Shown piece after piece: positions 45,446 to 54,911 of a stretch of DNA of 64,000 nt (position 1 is its first letter; every line of letters starts with the position of its first letter). The stretch comes from Rhodospirillales bacterium (GTDB lineage Bacteria > Pseudomonadota > Alphaproteobacteria > UBA828): assembly GCA_028818855.1 (NCBI GenBank), contig JAPPMY010000192.1, forward strand, positions 31,119-95,118, read 5' to 3'. The notes beneath the pieces were generated by a model, which was not told the DNA's origin, searched no databases, and saw only the letters and a list, made by a program, of their open reading frames with translations. The translations under genes were made by a program, and so were the position numbers.

Positions 45446-46351
45446 CTAAGTGTTTTCCGGTTTTTCCGCGCAGTAGCGAGCGAGTTCGAAGCATCCGTCG
45501 CGCCACGCCATGGAGAGCGTCTGCAGCTGATCCATGAGCATGCGGTGGCGCTCGGTTGACATGCCGCCGAACCAAAGCATGAAAAGCAGCCGATAGGCGT
45601 ACTCGAGAAGGCGTATGTTGCCCTCGTCCTTCCCGCCGAATCCGTCGACTTCAATGACCGTCAAGCCCGATTCACGCAGCCGTTCTGCGTAGCTGGACCG
45701 GCTCTCCAAACTTCGTATCAACCAATGCCGGCATAACGGCTCGATGTACCTCTTGTGCAGATCGGCCGGCACGCCGTCGCACTGCGCCCAATCCATCGCC
45801 ACGATCCGTCCGCCGGGCTTGAGGATCCTGGCGACCTCCCGCAGGAACTGTCCCCGGTCGCCATAGTGGCAGGCACTCTCGATATTGGTGACGACGTCGA
45901 TCGAGCCGTCGGCAAACGGCAGATGTTGCGAGCAATCCCCGTACGTGAAGCCGATCCGGTCATCCAGACCCGCATCGCGGACCTTCTTCTCCGCGATTTC
46001 CAGTTGCGGCCGGCAGATGTTGACGCCCGTGACCGTGCATCCGCGTGTCTTCACCAGATGCATGGCCGTCCCGCCAATCCCGCATCCCGCATCCACCACG
46101 TGATCGCCTGCGCCGATCGCGGCGGGCGCCACGATGACGTCGATCATCCGCACCACGGCCCGCGCGAGTCCGGCCGAGTCCGCGAGGGACTCGCCCTCTT
46201 CGGGACATTCGCCATCCTCGAACAGCCCGAAGTGAATGTGATCGGGGTTCCATCCCCTGATGTAAAAGCCCGGGGTCGCTTCGCCGTAATACTGTGCGAC
46301 TGCTTGATCGTGATCCGATACGGACGACTCGTGGAGCGTGTTCATCGTCAA
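45446..46351 (-). CDS. class I SAM-dependent methyltransferase (MT1)
   Basis: Motif I VVDAGCGIGGTAMHL and post-I/II motifs (…FADGSIDVVTNIESACHY…ILKPGGRIV). Paralogous to 50130..50996. Confidence 0.85.
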   Translation of the reverse strand: MTMNTLHESSVSDHDQAVAQYYGEATPGFYIRGWNPDHIHFGLFEDGECPEEGESLADSAGLARAVVRMIDVIVAPAAIGAGDHVVDAGCGIGGTAMHLVKTRGCTVTGVNICRPQLEIAEKKVRDAGLDDRIGFTYGDCSQHLPFADGSIDVVTNIESACHYGDRGQFLREVARILKPGGRIVAMDWAQCDGVPADLHKRYIEPLCRHWLIRSLESRSSYAERLRESGLTVIEVDGFGGKDEGNIRLLEYAYRLLFMLWFGGMSTERHRMLMDQLQTLSMAWRDGCFELARYCAEKPENT

Positions 46352-46445
46352 CTCTATTCCAAGACAATGAAGTTTATGCTACGTTGCGATCTCAACTGAT
46401 GTCAATAAACACGACGGCCTATCGGCGACACAAACAACGAGTATT

Positions 46446-46505
46446 GTGCATCTCCATGCACTTGTTTCGCACCGAATCGTAGTGATGGACTACGCGTTTG
46501 TGCAT
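46446..46505. promoter_or_regulatory. Candidate operator in the MT1/YcaO divergent promoter: GTGCAT-N4-ATGCAC inverted repeat plus a third TTGTGCAT half-site
   Basis: 46446-46461 reads GTGCATCTCCATGCAC. TTGTGCAT recurs at 46498-46505. It lies in a locally AT-rich 180-bp intergenic region. No regulator gene was identified. Confidence 0.3.
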
Positions 46506-46531
46506 CGGCACCGCGTTCGCCAGGAGGAGCG

Positions 46532-48943
46532 TTGCGGCTTCGCACGCTCGACCGATCGCGTGCCCCGCGTGCCGACCCGCTTCGTCTAGGACCGTCGGGC
46601 TCCACGCAGGCCATGGCTGAGAAGGCGCCGCCGCTCGCCGATGCGCGACGCGGCATCCTGACGAAGACCACCCCCGCCGAGCGTGGCGCGATCGACCTGC
46701 CGGCGCTGACGCCGCATCTCGAGTACCGCCCGATCGGCGACGACGAGGTGCTTCTGGTATCGGACTCCTTCAACACGTTGCTGCGCGGCCGGATTCACTG
46801 TGACCTCCTGCCGCTGCTCGACGGCGGGCGCTTGCAGGACGAGATCGTCGCCGCGCTCGCCGGCACCTACGCGGCCGCCGATGTGCGCCGCGCGCTCGCG
46901 TCGCTGGTGTCGCGGGGCTATGTCGTCTCCGGCGCGCACGCGATGGAGCGGAGCCGGGCGGCTTACTGGTCCGCGCTCGGCGCCTCGCCGCGCTTTGCTG
47001 AGGAGCGGCTGGGCGCGGCCGGGGTGGCGATCGAGGGCGACGACGGCCGCCTCGCCCGGCTGCTCGCCGCCATGGGCGTCGCCACGGGCCGAGACGACCC
47101 GGCCCTCTCCGTCACGGTCTGCGCCGACTATCTGGAGGAGCGGCACGAGGCGCTCAACCGGCGCCATATCGCCGCCTGCGCGCCCTGGATGCTGGTCCGG
47201 CCCAGGGGCACGCAGCCCCTCTTCGGCCCCGTGTTCCGGCCGGCGGAGAACGGCCCGTGCTGGGCCTGCCTCGCCTATCGCCTGCAGGGCCACCGGGAGG
47301 TCCACACTTTCCTGCGCAACCGCGGCGGCGAGGAAGCGGCCTTCGTGCCCTTCGCCGCGGAGCCTGCGGTCCTCGATGCGGTCTGCGGCATCGCCGCCGC
47401 CGAGATCGCCAAATGGCTGGTGCTCGACGCCGCGGCTCCGCTCCACGAACGGGCGATCTCGCTGGACGTCGCGCGCCTCAGGTGCGAGCACCACCCGGCG
47501 ACGCGCCGGCCGCAATGCCCCGCCTGCGGCGACGCCGCACTCTACCGCGCCGACCGGCCGGCGCAGCCGGTGCGGCTGCAGCCGAGCCCTAAGGCCACGC
47601 GCAACAGCGGCGGCGTGCGTGCGGTCTCGCCGGAAGAGACCCTCGCCACCTATCGCCACCTGATCAGCCCCGTCAGCGGGATCGTGACCTGGGTCGCGCG
47701 CACCACCGACGAGACCGACCCGTGGCTGCACGTTCACTGGGCGGGCAGCAATCTGGCGCTGCGAATCAAGAGCCTGAGCTCGCTCAGGCGCAGCCTGCGG
47801 AGCAAGAGCGCCGGCAAGGGGAGCACGGCGGGGCAGTCCGAGGTGAGCGCGCTCTGCGAGGCGATCGAGCGCTACTCCAGCGCCTGCCACGGCGACGAGA
47901 TTCGCTGCCGGCGGCGCTTCTCGGACTTTCTGGCTGCCGGAGAGGCGGCGGCGATCCACCCCAACGACGTGCAGCTCTTCAGCGAACGCCAGCTGGACCA
48001 CGCGGACGAGATCAACGCGCGCGGCCATCCCTACAACGTTGTGCCCCCCCGTTTCGATGCGGAGAGGGAGACGGACTGGTCGCCGGTGTGGTCGCTGAGC
48101 GAGGACCGGCAGCGCTACCTGCCGACGGCCATGCTCTACGGCATGACGCCGGAGCAGCGCGGGCCTGCGGGCCTCTGGGCGGATTCCAACGGCTGCTCCG
48201 CCGGCAACACGCTGGAGGAAGCGATCCTTCAGGGGTTCTTCGAGCTGGTCGAGCGCGATGCCTTCGCCGTCTGGTGGTACAACCGGCTGCGCCTGCCGGG
48301 CGTGGACCTGGAGAGCTTCGGCGACGACTATCTCGCTTCCGCCCGGGATTACTACGCGGGCCACGAGCGCGACATGTGGGTGCTGGACGTGACCGGCGAT
48401 CTCGGCATCCCCGCCTTCGTCGCGCTCTCGCGCCGCAGCGATGGCGGGACCGAGGACATCATCTACGGCGCCGGCGCCCACACCGACCCCCATATCGCCG
48501 CCTTGCGCGCGGTGTGCGAGATGAACCAGTGCCTGACCTGGGTCCCGCGCCCGGGCGACGGCGACGCGCGCTACGAGGTGGACGATCCCATGTGCCTCCG
48601 GTGGTGGAAGACCGGCACGCTCACCGACAACCCTCATCTGGCGCCGGCGCCCGGCGCCGCCCTGCGCGGCGCGGCGGACTATCCCGTTCCCGATACAGAG
48701 GACATGCGGGAGGACGTCGAGCGCTGCCGCGCCCTGGTCGAGGCCAGGGGCATGGAGTTCCTGGTGCTGGACCAGACGCGGCCCGACATCGGCATGCCGG
48801 TGGTGCGGGTCATCGTGCCGGGCCTGCGCCACTTCTGGGGGCGCTTCGCGCCGGGGCGCCTCTACGACGTGCCGGTCGCGCTGGGCTGGCGCGAGTGCCC
48901 GCTCGCAGAGGCCGACCTCAACCCCGTCCCGGTCATCGCGTGA
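46532..48943 (+). CDS. fused E1-like (SagC/docking-type) + YcaO cyclodehydratase (TOMM-type azoline synthetase)
   Basis: TTG at 46532 lies 4-5 nt after AGGAGGA; an alternative ATG is at 46613. The N-terminal half is cyclodehydratase-docking-like (…LEYRPIGDDEVLLVSDSFNTLLRG…CPACGD). The C-terminal half has YcaO hallmarks SAGKGSTAGQSEVSALCEAIERYS, …NGCSAGNTLEEAILQGFFELVERDA… and a Pro-rich C-terminus DLNPVPVIA. Confidence 0.85.
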   Translation: MRLRTLDRSRAPRADPLRLGPSGSTQAMAEKAPPLADARRGILTKTTPAERGAIDLPALTPHLEYRPIGDDEVLLVSDSFNTLLRGRIHCDLLPLLDGGRLQDEIVAALAGTYAAADVRRALASLVSRGYVVSGAHAMERSRAAYWSALGASPRFAEERLGAAGVAIEGDDGRLARLLAAMGVATGRDDPALSVTVCADYLEERHEALNRRHIAACAPWMLVRPRGTQPLFGPVFRPAENGPCWACLAYRLQGHREVHTFLRNRGGEEAAFVPFAAEPAVLDAVCGIAAAEIAKWLVLDAAAPLHERAISLDVARLRCEHHPATRRPQCPACGDAALYRADRPAQPVRLQPSPKATRNSGGVRAVSPEETLATYRHLISPVSGIVTWVARTTDETDPWLHVHWAGSNLALRIKSLSSLRRSLRSKSAGKGSTAGQSEVSALCEAIERYSSACHGDEIRCRRRFSDFLAAGEAAAIHPNDVQLFSERQLDHADEINARGHPYNVVPPRFDAERETDWSPVWSLSEDRQRYLPTAMLYGMTPEQRGPAGLWADSNGCSAGNTLEEAILQGFFELVERDAFAVWWYNRLRLPGVDLESFGDDYLASARDYYAGHERDMWVLDVTGDLGIPAFVALSRRSDGGTEDIIYGAGAHTDPHIAALRAVCEMNQCLTWVPRPGDGDARYEVDDPMCLRWWKTGTLTDNPHLAPAPGAALRGAADYPVPDTEDMREDVERCRALVEARGMEFLVLDQTRPDIGMPVVRVIVPGLRHFWGRFAPGRLYDVPVALGWRECPLAEADLNPVPVIA

Positions 48944-48952
48944 GGGAGCACC

Positions 48953-50167
48953 ATGAACCTTGAGCAGCAACGGGCCGCCAGCGAGGCGCTTCTCGCGCAA
49001 GAGGCGGACTCCCTTGGCGCGCTGCTGGCACAGCTCAGGGACCGCATCTCTCCCGTGCTGATCGGCGGCGCGCAATGGCGGGCGCTGCTGGATCGCGCTG
49101 GAGATCTGCCGCCGACCCTGGGCGCCTTTCCGTTCGGCTTCGAGCTGCCGCTGCACGAGGATAGGCCGGGGGCGGACCTTGGCGTCTCGGTGGTCGGCGG
49201 GACGCGAGCGGCGGCGTTCTACGAGGAACAGGGGCGATGCCAGGACGCGAACTCGACCGCGGCCGGCATCGCCCGGCTGCTTCACGAGACCGAGCCCGAG
49301 GACTCTCCGCTCCGCCAGGTCGTGGGCCGGAAGATGATGCTCGAATACGACGTGGAATCCGCGCCGGGCGGCACCCATCCGGACCCGGGCATCTTCCTGC
49401 GGCCGGCGGAGCGGCCGATCTTCGGTGACGGCGACAGCCGCCGGAGCCAAGACATCGGCGTCGTGCTGGAGGCGATCGTTTCAGCCGCCGGATGGCAAAC
49501 CGATAGCGCCGAGCGGCGCGTGATCGAGCAGGTACACCGGGCGCAAGGGAGGGGCGTTCGGATCGAGTCCTTCGGCGTGTTTCCCGCGCGCGAGCGTGCG
49601 ATCCGACTGGCGGTAACGGGCTTTCGCACCTCGCGCGACGTCGTGGCGTTTCTGGAAAGCGCCGGCTGGTCGGGGTCGCATTCGCGCGCCGGCGCCGCCG
49701 TGTCGCGATTCGAGGACCGCAACGCCTTCGTCAGCACGGGGGTCCATTTCGATGTCCATGCCGACGGCCTGGGCCCGACGCTGGGCCTGAGCTTCCTTGC
49801 CAAGGAGCGTGTGGCGAACGACCCCCGCTACTGGGTGGACAGCCCCCGTCTGTGGGCGCCGTTCCTGGACGGCTTGCGCGAGGGTGGTCTTGCCGTTCCG
49901 GACAAGCTGTCGGCGCTGGCCGGCTGGTCGTCGGGCGTCGAAACCCTGTTCGGCGCGGGCGGCCCGTACGTGCTCATGCGGGGCATTCACCACGTCAAGC
50001 TCGTGCTCGGCGGCGACCGCATCGAGCAGGTCAAGGGCTATGTCTACTTTCTCATCTGCGCCTGGCCGCAGGGTGGGCAATCCGCCACACGTAGCCGCGC
50101 GGGCGTTGCGACGCGTTTCGTACCTGGTCCTATCCGGGCTTCGCGCCGGACACGAGGTGATAGGTGA
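48953..50167 (+). CDS. hypothetical protein (404 aa), second gene of the YcaO operon
   Basis: ORF track. It starts 7 nt after the YcaO stop. The 3' end overlaps the convergent MT2 gene by ~38 nt. I recognise no family motif. Confidence 0.6.
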   Translation: MNLEQQRAASEALLAQEADSLGALLAQLRDRISPVLIGGAQWRALLDRAGDLPPTLGAFPFGFELPLHEDRPGADLGVSVVGGTRAAAFYEEQGRCQDANSTAAGIARLLHETEPEDSPLRQVVGRKMMLEYDVESAPGGTHPDPGIFLRPAERPIFGDGDSRRSQDIGVVLEAIVSAAGWQTDSAERRVIEQVHRAQGRGVRIESFGVFPARERAIRLAVTGFRTSRDVVAFLESAGWSGSHSRAGAAVSRFEDRNAFVSTGVHFDVHADGLGPTLGLSFLAKERVANDPRYWVDSPRLWAPFLDGLREGGLAVPDKLSALAGWSSGVETLFGAGGPYVLMRGIHHVKLVLGGDRIEQVKGYVYFLICAWPQGGQSATRSRAGVATRFVPGPIRASRRTRGDR

Positions 50168-50996
50168 ACACGCCTTCCCGCAAGCCCTGATCGTAGTTGA
50201 CCGTCGCCTCCATGAACTCCTGGGATGCACTGTTCACCCCGCCCGACGGCGACGTCAGAAAGGTGAACAGCAGCCACCCCTTGCTGATCCGCTCCGTGGA
50301 CGCCGCCGCTTCGGTGGAAAGGTCCTGCTCCTTGATTCCTTCGAATCCCGCCTCCTCCATGGTCGCGAGCACGTCGCGCCACGGTTCCAGCGGCAGCATG
50401 CGCCAGCCCCGCTGCGCGATGGCGTGAGCCTCTTCCTGGGCCTCTGACAGCGGCGCGCCGCTCCGCAGCCCTTCCAGTGCCTGCCAGCGGCCCCCCGGCT
50501 TGAGCACACGGTGCACGCCCTGCAGGTAGGCGAGCTTGTCCGGCGCATAGCAGAACGATTCGTGGTTTAGCACCGTGTCGAAGCAAGCGTCGAGGAAGGG
50601 CAAGTCCATGAAGTCGCCGTAGCGGAACTCGACCAGGTCGCCGACCCCGCGCCGTTGCGCGTGCTCCGTCGCCACGGCGACATGAGGCTCGCAGATGGTC
50701 ATACCGGTGACGTGAACGCCGTATTGCTCCGCCAGCCAGATCGCCGTGCCGCCGACGCCGCAACCGGCATCCAGGAAGCGACGGCCGGGCTCGAGGGCGC
50801 ACCCCTGCACCAGCGTGCGGTTGGCGCGAACCAGGGCTTCCTGGTCGGTTGTCGTGTCCGGCCCCCACAGGCCGAAGTGACAGGCCAGGAGATCGCCGCC
50901 GAACTTCTCCATCCGCTCGGTCAGCGCGGCGTAGTGCTCGGCGACGGAGGTTTCCGTCTCCGCGTCGCTCTCGGGCAGTTGCTGCGCGCTGCTCAT
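50130..50996 (-). CDS. class I SAM-dependent methyltransferase (MT2)
   Basis: ATG at residue 23 of ORF 50130..51062 forms an ATGA overlap with the FAD-oxidase stop. Motif I FLDAGCGVGGTAIWL; …FLDACFDTVLNHESFCY…VLKPGGRW. Confidence 0.85.
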   Translation of the reverse strand: MSSAQQLPESDAETETSVAEHYAALTERMEKFGGDLLACHFGLWGPDTTTDQEALVRANRTLVQGCALEPGRRFLDAGCGVGGTAIWLAEQYGVHVTGMTICEPHVAVATEHAQRRGVGDLVEFRYGDFMDLPFLDACFDTVLNHESFCYAPDKLAYLQGVHRVLKPGGRWQALEGLRSGAPLSEAQEEAHAIAQRGWRMLPLEPWRDVLATMEEAGFEGIKEQDLSTEAAASTERISKGWLLFTFLTSPSGGVNSASQEFMEATVNYDQGLREGVFTYHLVSGAKPG

Positions 50997-52300
50997 GGAC
51001 CTTCTCCGAATGGCATGCCTTGCGCTCGGAACACCCGACCGGGATCGAACGCCTCCTTCCACCCCAGCCCCGTCTCGAAGGCCTCGCCGTAGTGTTGCTC
51101 CCAGTCCGTGCGCCCGTATCCCACGTGGCCGGAGAGATAGCTCTTTCCGCCGAGGTCGACGAGCGTTCTGCCGATCTCCCGCAGCCTTCCGGCCAGCTCG
51201 TCTGCCCTGGCGTGGTCATCCAGCACGGCGAGGATCGAGTACGAGAGCATGCGCTCTCCCGTCGGATGCATGAAGAGCGGGGCATCGAGCGCATCGGTCC
51301 TGATCGGGTATACCCCGGTCCAGCTGCGCGGCGAGCGCGGCACCCATTGCGGGTCCAGCCACGGCTGGAGGAGGAGCGTTCGCAGCGTCTCCCAGGGCAT
51401 GAACCAGTCGCGCCACGGGTGGAAATTCGTCGACGCGAAGCCGGTCTTCGGAAACATCTGGGCGTGCCCGACTTCGGTCGTGTCCCAGACGATCGCCATC
51501 CGGTCGTATCCCAGCCCGTGGAGCACCCGATCGTGGTCGATCATCTCGTCGTACTCGACCCCGGCGCGAAGAATGAACCGCTTGTCGTGGGAGCGGCTCT
51601 CCGCCCGCAGGTGGTCGAAACGGCCATCGTCGACGACCTGCTCCAGGTCGCGCGCGAAGCGATCGACATCGTAGTAGCGAAGCTCGTACTGCCGGATGCG
51701 CTTGCCAGCCCTGCGCAGCCTGATCCACGCCTCGGTGATGATGCCGAACTGTCCCTGCCCGCCCCTCACGGCATCGAACAGGCCGCTGTTCCGGGTGGAC
51801 GAGCAGCGCACGCGCTCGCCGCTGCCGGTCACCACGTCGAGCTGCTCGACCTGCCCGATCTGCATCCCGTAGCGATGCGAGGTGGACCCCAGCCCGCCGG
51901 CCGAGAGCGTTCCGCCCACGGTCACCTCTGCGATGTCCGCCAGCACCCGCGGCAGCCGCCCGGTCCCGTGCAGGGCGTCCACGACGCTCCCCCACAGCGC
52001 GCCGCCTTGCGCGCGCACCAGCTCCCGCCCCAGGGGCTGGACCCGGTCGAGCCGCATCGTGTCGAGCACCAGGTCGCCGTCGGTGAGGCATTGGCCGCCC
52101 TGGGAGTGCCCGCCCCCGCGAACGGCCAGGCGGATGCCGTCCCGCGCGGCCATGCGGACGATGCGCGCCACCTCCCCGGCGCTTTCCGGCATGGCCACCG
52201 CGTCCGGCGCTTGCCGCCGCATTCGGCTGAAGTCGTACGACCGTGCCTCACGGTCCTCCCGGTTCGTGCTCAGGCGCGGCACGAGGCCCTGCTCGGTCAT
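50993..52300 (-). CDS. FAD-binding PCMH-type oxidoreductase (FAD_binding_4, cytokinin-dehydrogenase-like C-terminus)
   Basis: PDAVAMPESAGEVARIVRMAARDGIRLAVRGGGHSQGGQCLTDGDLVLDTMRLDRV is the FAD_binding_4 core. 435 aa. Confidence 0.85.
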   Translation of the reverse strand: MTEQGLVPRLSTNREDREARSYDFSRMRRQAPDAVAMPESAGEVARIVRMAARDGIRLAVRGGGHSQGGQCLTDGDLVLDTMRLDRVQPLGRELVRAQGGALWGSVVDALHGTGRLPRVLADIAEVTVGGTLSAGGLGSTSHRYGMQIGQVEQLDVVTGSGERVRCSSTRNSGLFDAVRGGQGQFGIITEAWIRLRRAGKRIRQYELRYYDVDRFARDLEQVVDDGRFDHLRAESRSHDKRFILRAGVEYDEMIDHDRVLHGLGYDRMAIVWDTTEVGHAQMFPKTGFASTNFHPWRDWFMPWETLRTLLLQPWLDPQWVPRSPRSWTGVYPIRTDALDAPLFMHPTGERMLSYSILAVLDDHARADELAGRLREIGRTLVDLGGKSYLSGHVGYGRTDWEQHYGEAFETGLGWKEAFDPGRVFRAQGMPFGEGP

Positions 52301-52334
52301 CCCTGGCCGGACGCCTCCGATTCCGGCGCTTCGC

Positions 52335-54713
52335 TCAATCGGACCGGTCGACGGCTACCGCAGTCGCGCCTCGCGCGGACCCGGTGCGCCGGTCCGTGGC
52401 CATCAGCAGAGGCGGCAGGATCAGGAGGTCGGCGGCAAGCGCGAAGGCGATGATCAGCGCCGTGAGCAGGCCGACCTGCGCGGTGGGAATGAACGGGGAC
52501 GCCAGCAGGATCAGGAAGCCCGCAACCAGCACGGCGGTGGTCGTGAACACCGCGCGGCCCACGGTCTCGAACGCGTAGCGCACCGCCTCGTCCGGCGCGT
52601 AGCCGTGCTCGCGCCGCGCACGCCGGTACTTGCTGAGGAAGTGCACCGTGTCGTCCACGACGATTCCGATCGTCATGGCCACCACCACCGACAGCGAGGT
52701 GCCGACCTCTCCCACCGCCAGCCCCCAGATGCCGAAACCGATCACGGCGGGGACGAAATTGGGCACGAGGCTTATCAGGCCGAGCCTGAGCGAGCGGAAC
52801 GCGATGAGGAGAAGCAGGGAAATGCCGCCCAGCACGATCATGGTACCGATCAGCATCGCCCGTATGTTGCGTTGCCCGATATGCGCGAACAGCAGGGCGG
52901 GCCCCGAGCCCTCGGCGCTCACGATGTGCGGCGTGTTGCCCTCCAGCCACGCCTCCGCCCGCGCGTTCAGATCCAGCACCTCGGCCGACGACAGGGTCTT
53001 CGCCGTCACAGTCACGCGTGTTGCCGACTTGTCGATATCGATCCGGTTGTTGAGATCGAGGCCGAAGGGAAGCGAGAGCTCGTAAAGCAGCAGGTACTGC
53101 GACGCGAGATCGTGCTCTTCGGGCAGGTTGTAGGCCTCCGGATCGTCGCCGTGCATGGTCTTGTTGAGCTGCCGGAAGGTATCGGTGATGACCGTGACGT
53201 GCCGCGTTTCTGGCTGGGCCCGGTACCAATCCGCGAAGGCCGACACGTCTGCGAGGAAGGCGGGGTTGCTGACTTCGCCGGGCCCGGCCGAGGCGAGCGA
53301 GTATTCCAGCACGGTGTTCCCGCTCAGGTGCTTGTCCAGGAAATCCGTGTCCTGGCGAAACTCGACGCTCTCGTCGAAGAAGTGCACCAGAACGTCGTTC
53401 AGGTCGTTGCGCGGGACGGCCGCCGCCATCGCGGCCACGACCACCGCCGAGCCGAGCAGCAGCACCCAGCGCCGGCGCACCACGAACTCCGCGATTTGCC
53501 CCATGAGCCGGTCTTCGCGGCTGACGGCCTTCGGCGGGCGCGCCGGCATCAGCGAGAGCGCTGCCGGCAGGAAGGTCACCGTGAGCAGGAACGAGGCGAT
53601 GATGCCGAAGGCGACGAAGGTGCCGAGGTGACGGTGCGGCGGCACCTCGGAGAAGTTCATGGCGAGGAAGCCCAGCGTCGTGGTCAGGCTCGCCAGGAAG
53701 ACCGGATAGAGATTGACCCGGACCGATTCGACGATGGCCTCATTCTTCGTGTCGCCTGCCTGGAGGCGCTGCTGAATCGTCACCACCAGGTGGACGCAGT
53801 TGGCCACGACGATCATCAGCACGATGGTGGGCGCCGGCGCCGTGGGCGCGGACAGCGGCAGGCCGGCCCAGCCGCCCAGCCCCATCGCGACCACCATGGA
53901 GGAGCAGATGACGCTCCCGGTCGCCATCACGCCGGAGAAGGTCCGCGTGAGAAGGCCGAAGATCAGCGCCATGATCGCCATGCTCACCGGCAGGAAGATC
54001 ATCTGACTGTCGACCGACGCCTCGGTGAAGACGTGGTTGACCATCACCGTCCCGACCAGCCGGACGTCGATGCCGGCGAAGCGCTCCTCCGTCTCGGCAG
54101 CGAGGCTGCGCGAGAATTCGGCGATTTCGGGGATCGTGACGGTCTGGTCCTCTTCAGGCAGCTCGATGGTGACGTTGACCGCGCTCACGCCACCGTCGCG
54201 GGCCAGGACGTTGCCGGCGAGCCGCGGGTCCGCCAGGGCGATAGCGCGGATGCGGGAGCGTTCCTCCGCATCGCCCACGGCCGTCGGATCCACGAGGTCG
54301 CGCACGACCAGGTCGTCGCCGTCCGCCATCGTGTGCTGGAAGTTCGCGATGGAATCGACGCGCCGCGAATAGGGCGTCTCCCACGCGCGCTCGGTCAGCC
54401 AGATCGCGGCCTCAAGCGCCTGTTCCGACGTGGCGTCGCCATCGTCGGGAACGATCATGAAGAGGACGTTGTGGCTCTTGCCGTAGGTGTCTTCCAGCGA
54501 TTCGAGCGCGATCAGCTCGGGATTGTCCTCGCTGAAGAAGATGCGGTAATCGGTGGAGAACTTGAGAAACAGGCCGCCGGCCGCGAACAGGATGACCAGG
54601 GCCATCGAGCCGGCGATGATCGGCCAGCGATACGCGACCACCCACTCGGCGTATCGCGTCTCAAAGGGCCGCGCCGCGCTAGGGGAGGTGTCTGCCATCG
54701 ACGAAGCCGCCAT
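52335..54713 (-). CDS. MMPL/RND-superfamily exporter (792 aa)
   Basis: Two 6-TM bundles each follow a large periplasmic loop. The family-like N-terminus is …YRWPIIAGSMALVILFAAGGLFLKFSTDYRIFFSEDNPEL…. An alternative ATG is at 54698. Confidence 0.85.
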   Translation of the reverse strand: MAASSMADTSPSAARPFETRYAEWVVAYRWPIIAGSMALVILFAAGGLFLKFSTDYRIFFSEDNPELIALESLEDTYGKSHNVLFMIVPDDGDATSEQALEAAIWLTERAWETPYSRRVDSIANFQHTMADGDDLVVRDLVDPTAVGDAEERSRIRAIALADPRLAGNVLARDGGVSAVNVTIELPEEDQTVTIPEIAEFSRSLAAETEERFAGIDVRLVGTVMVNHVFTEASVDSQMIFLPVSMAIMALIFGLLTRTFSGVMATGSVICSSMVVAMGLGGWAGLPLSAPTAPAPTIVLMIVVANCVHLVVTIQQRLQAGDTKNEAIVESVRVNLYPVFLASLTTTLGFLAMNFSEVPPHRHLGTFVAFGIIASFLLTVTFLPAALSLMPARPPKAVSREDRLMGQIAEFVVRRRWVLLLGSAVVVAAMAAAVPRNDLNDVLVHFFDESVEFRQDTDFLDKHLSGNTVLEYSLASAGPGEVSNPAFLADVSAFADWYRAQPETRHVTVITDTFRQLNKTMHGDDPEAYNLPEEHDLASQYLLLYELSLPFGLDLNNRIDIDKSATRVTVTAKTLSSAEVLDLNARAEAWLEGNTPHIVSAEGSGPALLFAHIGQRNIRAMLIGTMIVLGGISLLLLIAFRSLRLGLISLVPNFVPAVIGFGIWGLAVGEVGTSLSVVVAMTIGIVVDDTVHFLSKYRRARREHGYAPDEAVRYAFETVGRAVFTTTAVLVAGFLILLASPFIPTAQVGLLTALIIAFALAADLLILPPLLMATDRRTGSARGATAVAVDRSD

Positions 54714-54911
54714 GTAGCAGCGCCAGGGGCGGTCTCGGAAAACCGCCCCTGTTCAGCCTATGGCGTGGCAGCCGCGCAGAAAACCAGACCATGATCCGCA
54801 ACCAACAGTCTCCAGGCGCGGGAAGGCGCTATTCACGCCCCCACGCCGGGAGACACCGCATATCATCGGTTCGGTCCGGGCCGCGCGAGCCCGTGGCCGG
54901 GCCCGTCTCGT

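Noticed and set aside
54860-54911. An attenuator or terminator hairpin right after the precursor gene (GGTCCGGGCC…GGCCGGGCCC).
   Set aside because: The arms are only imperfectly complementary (two mismatches in ten). There is no U-tract on the transcribed (minus) strand. I cannot support a terminator call by eye.
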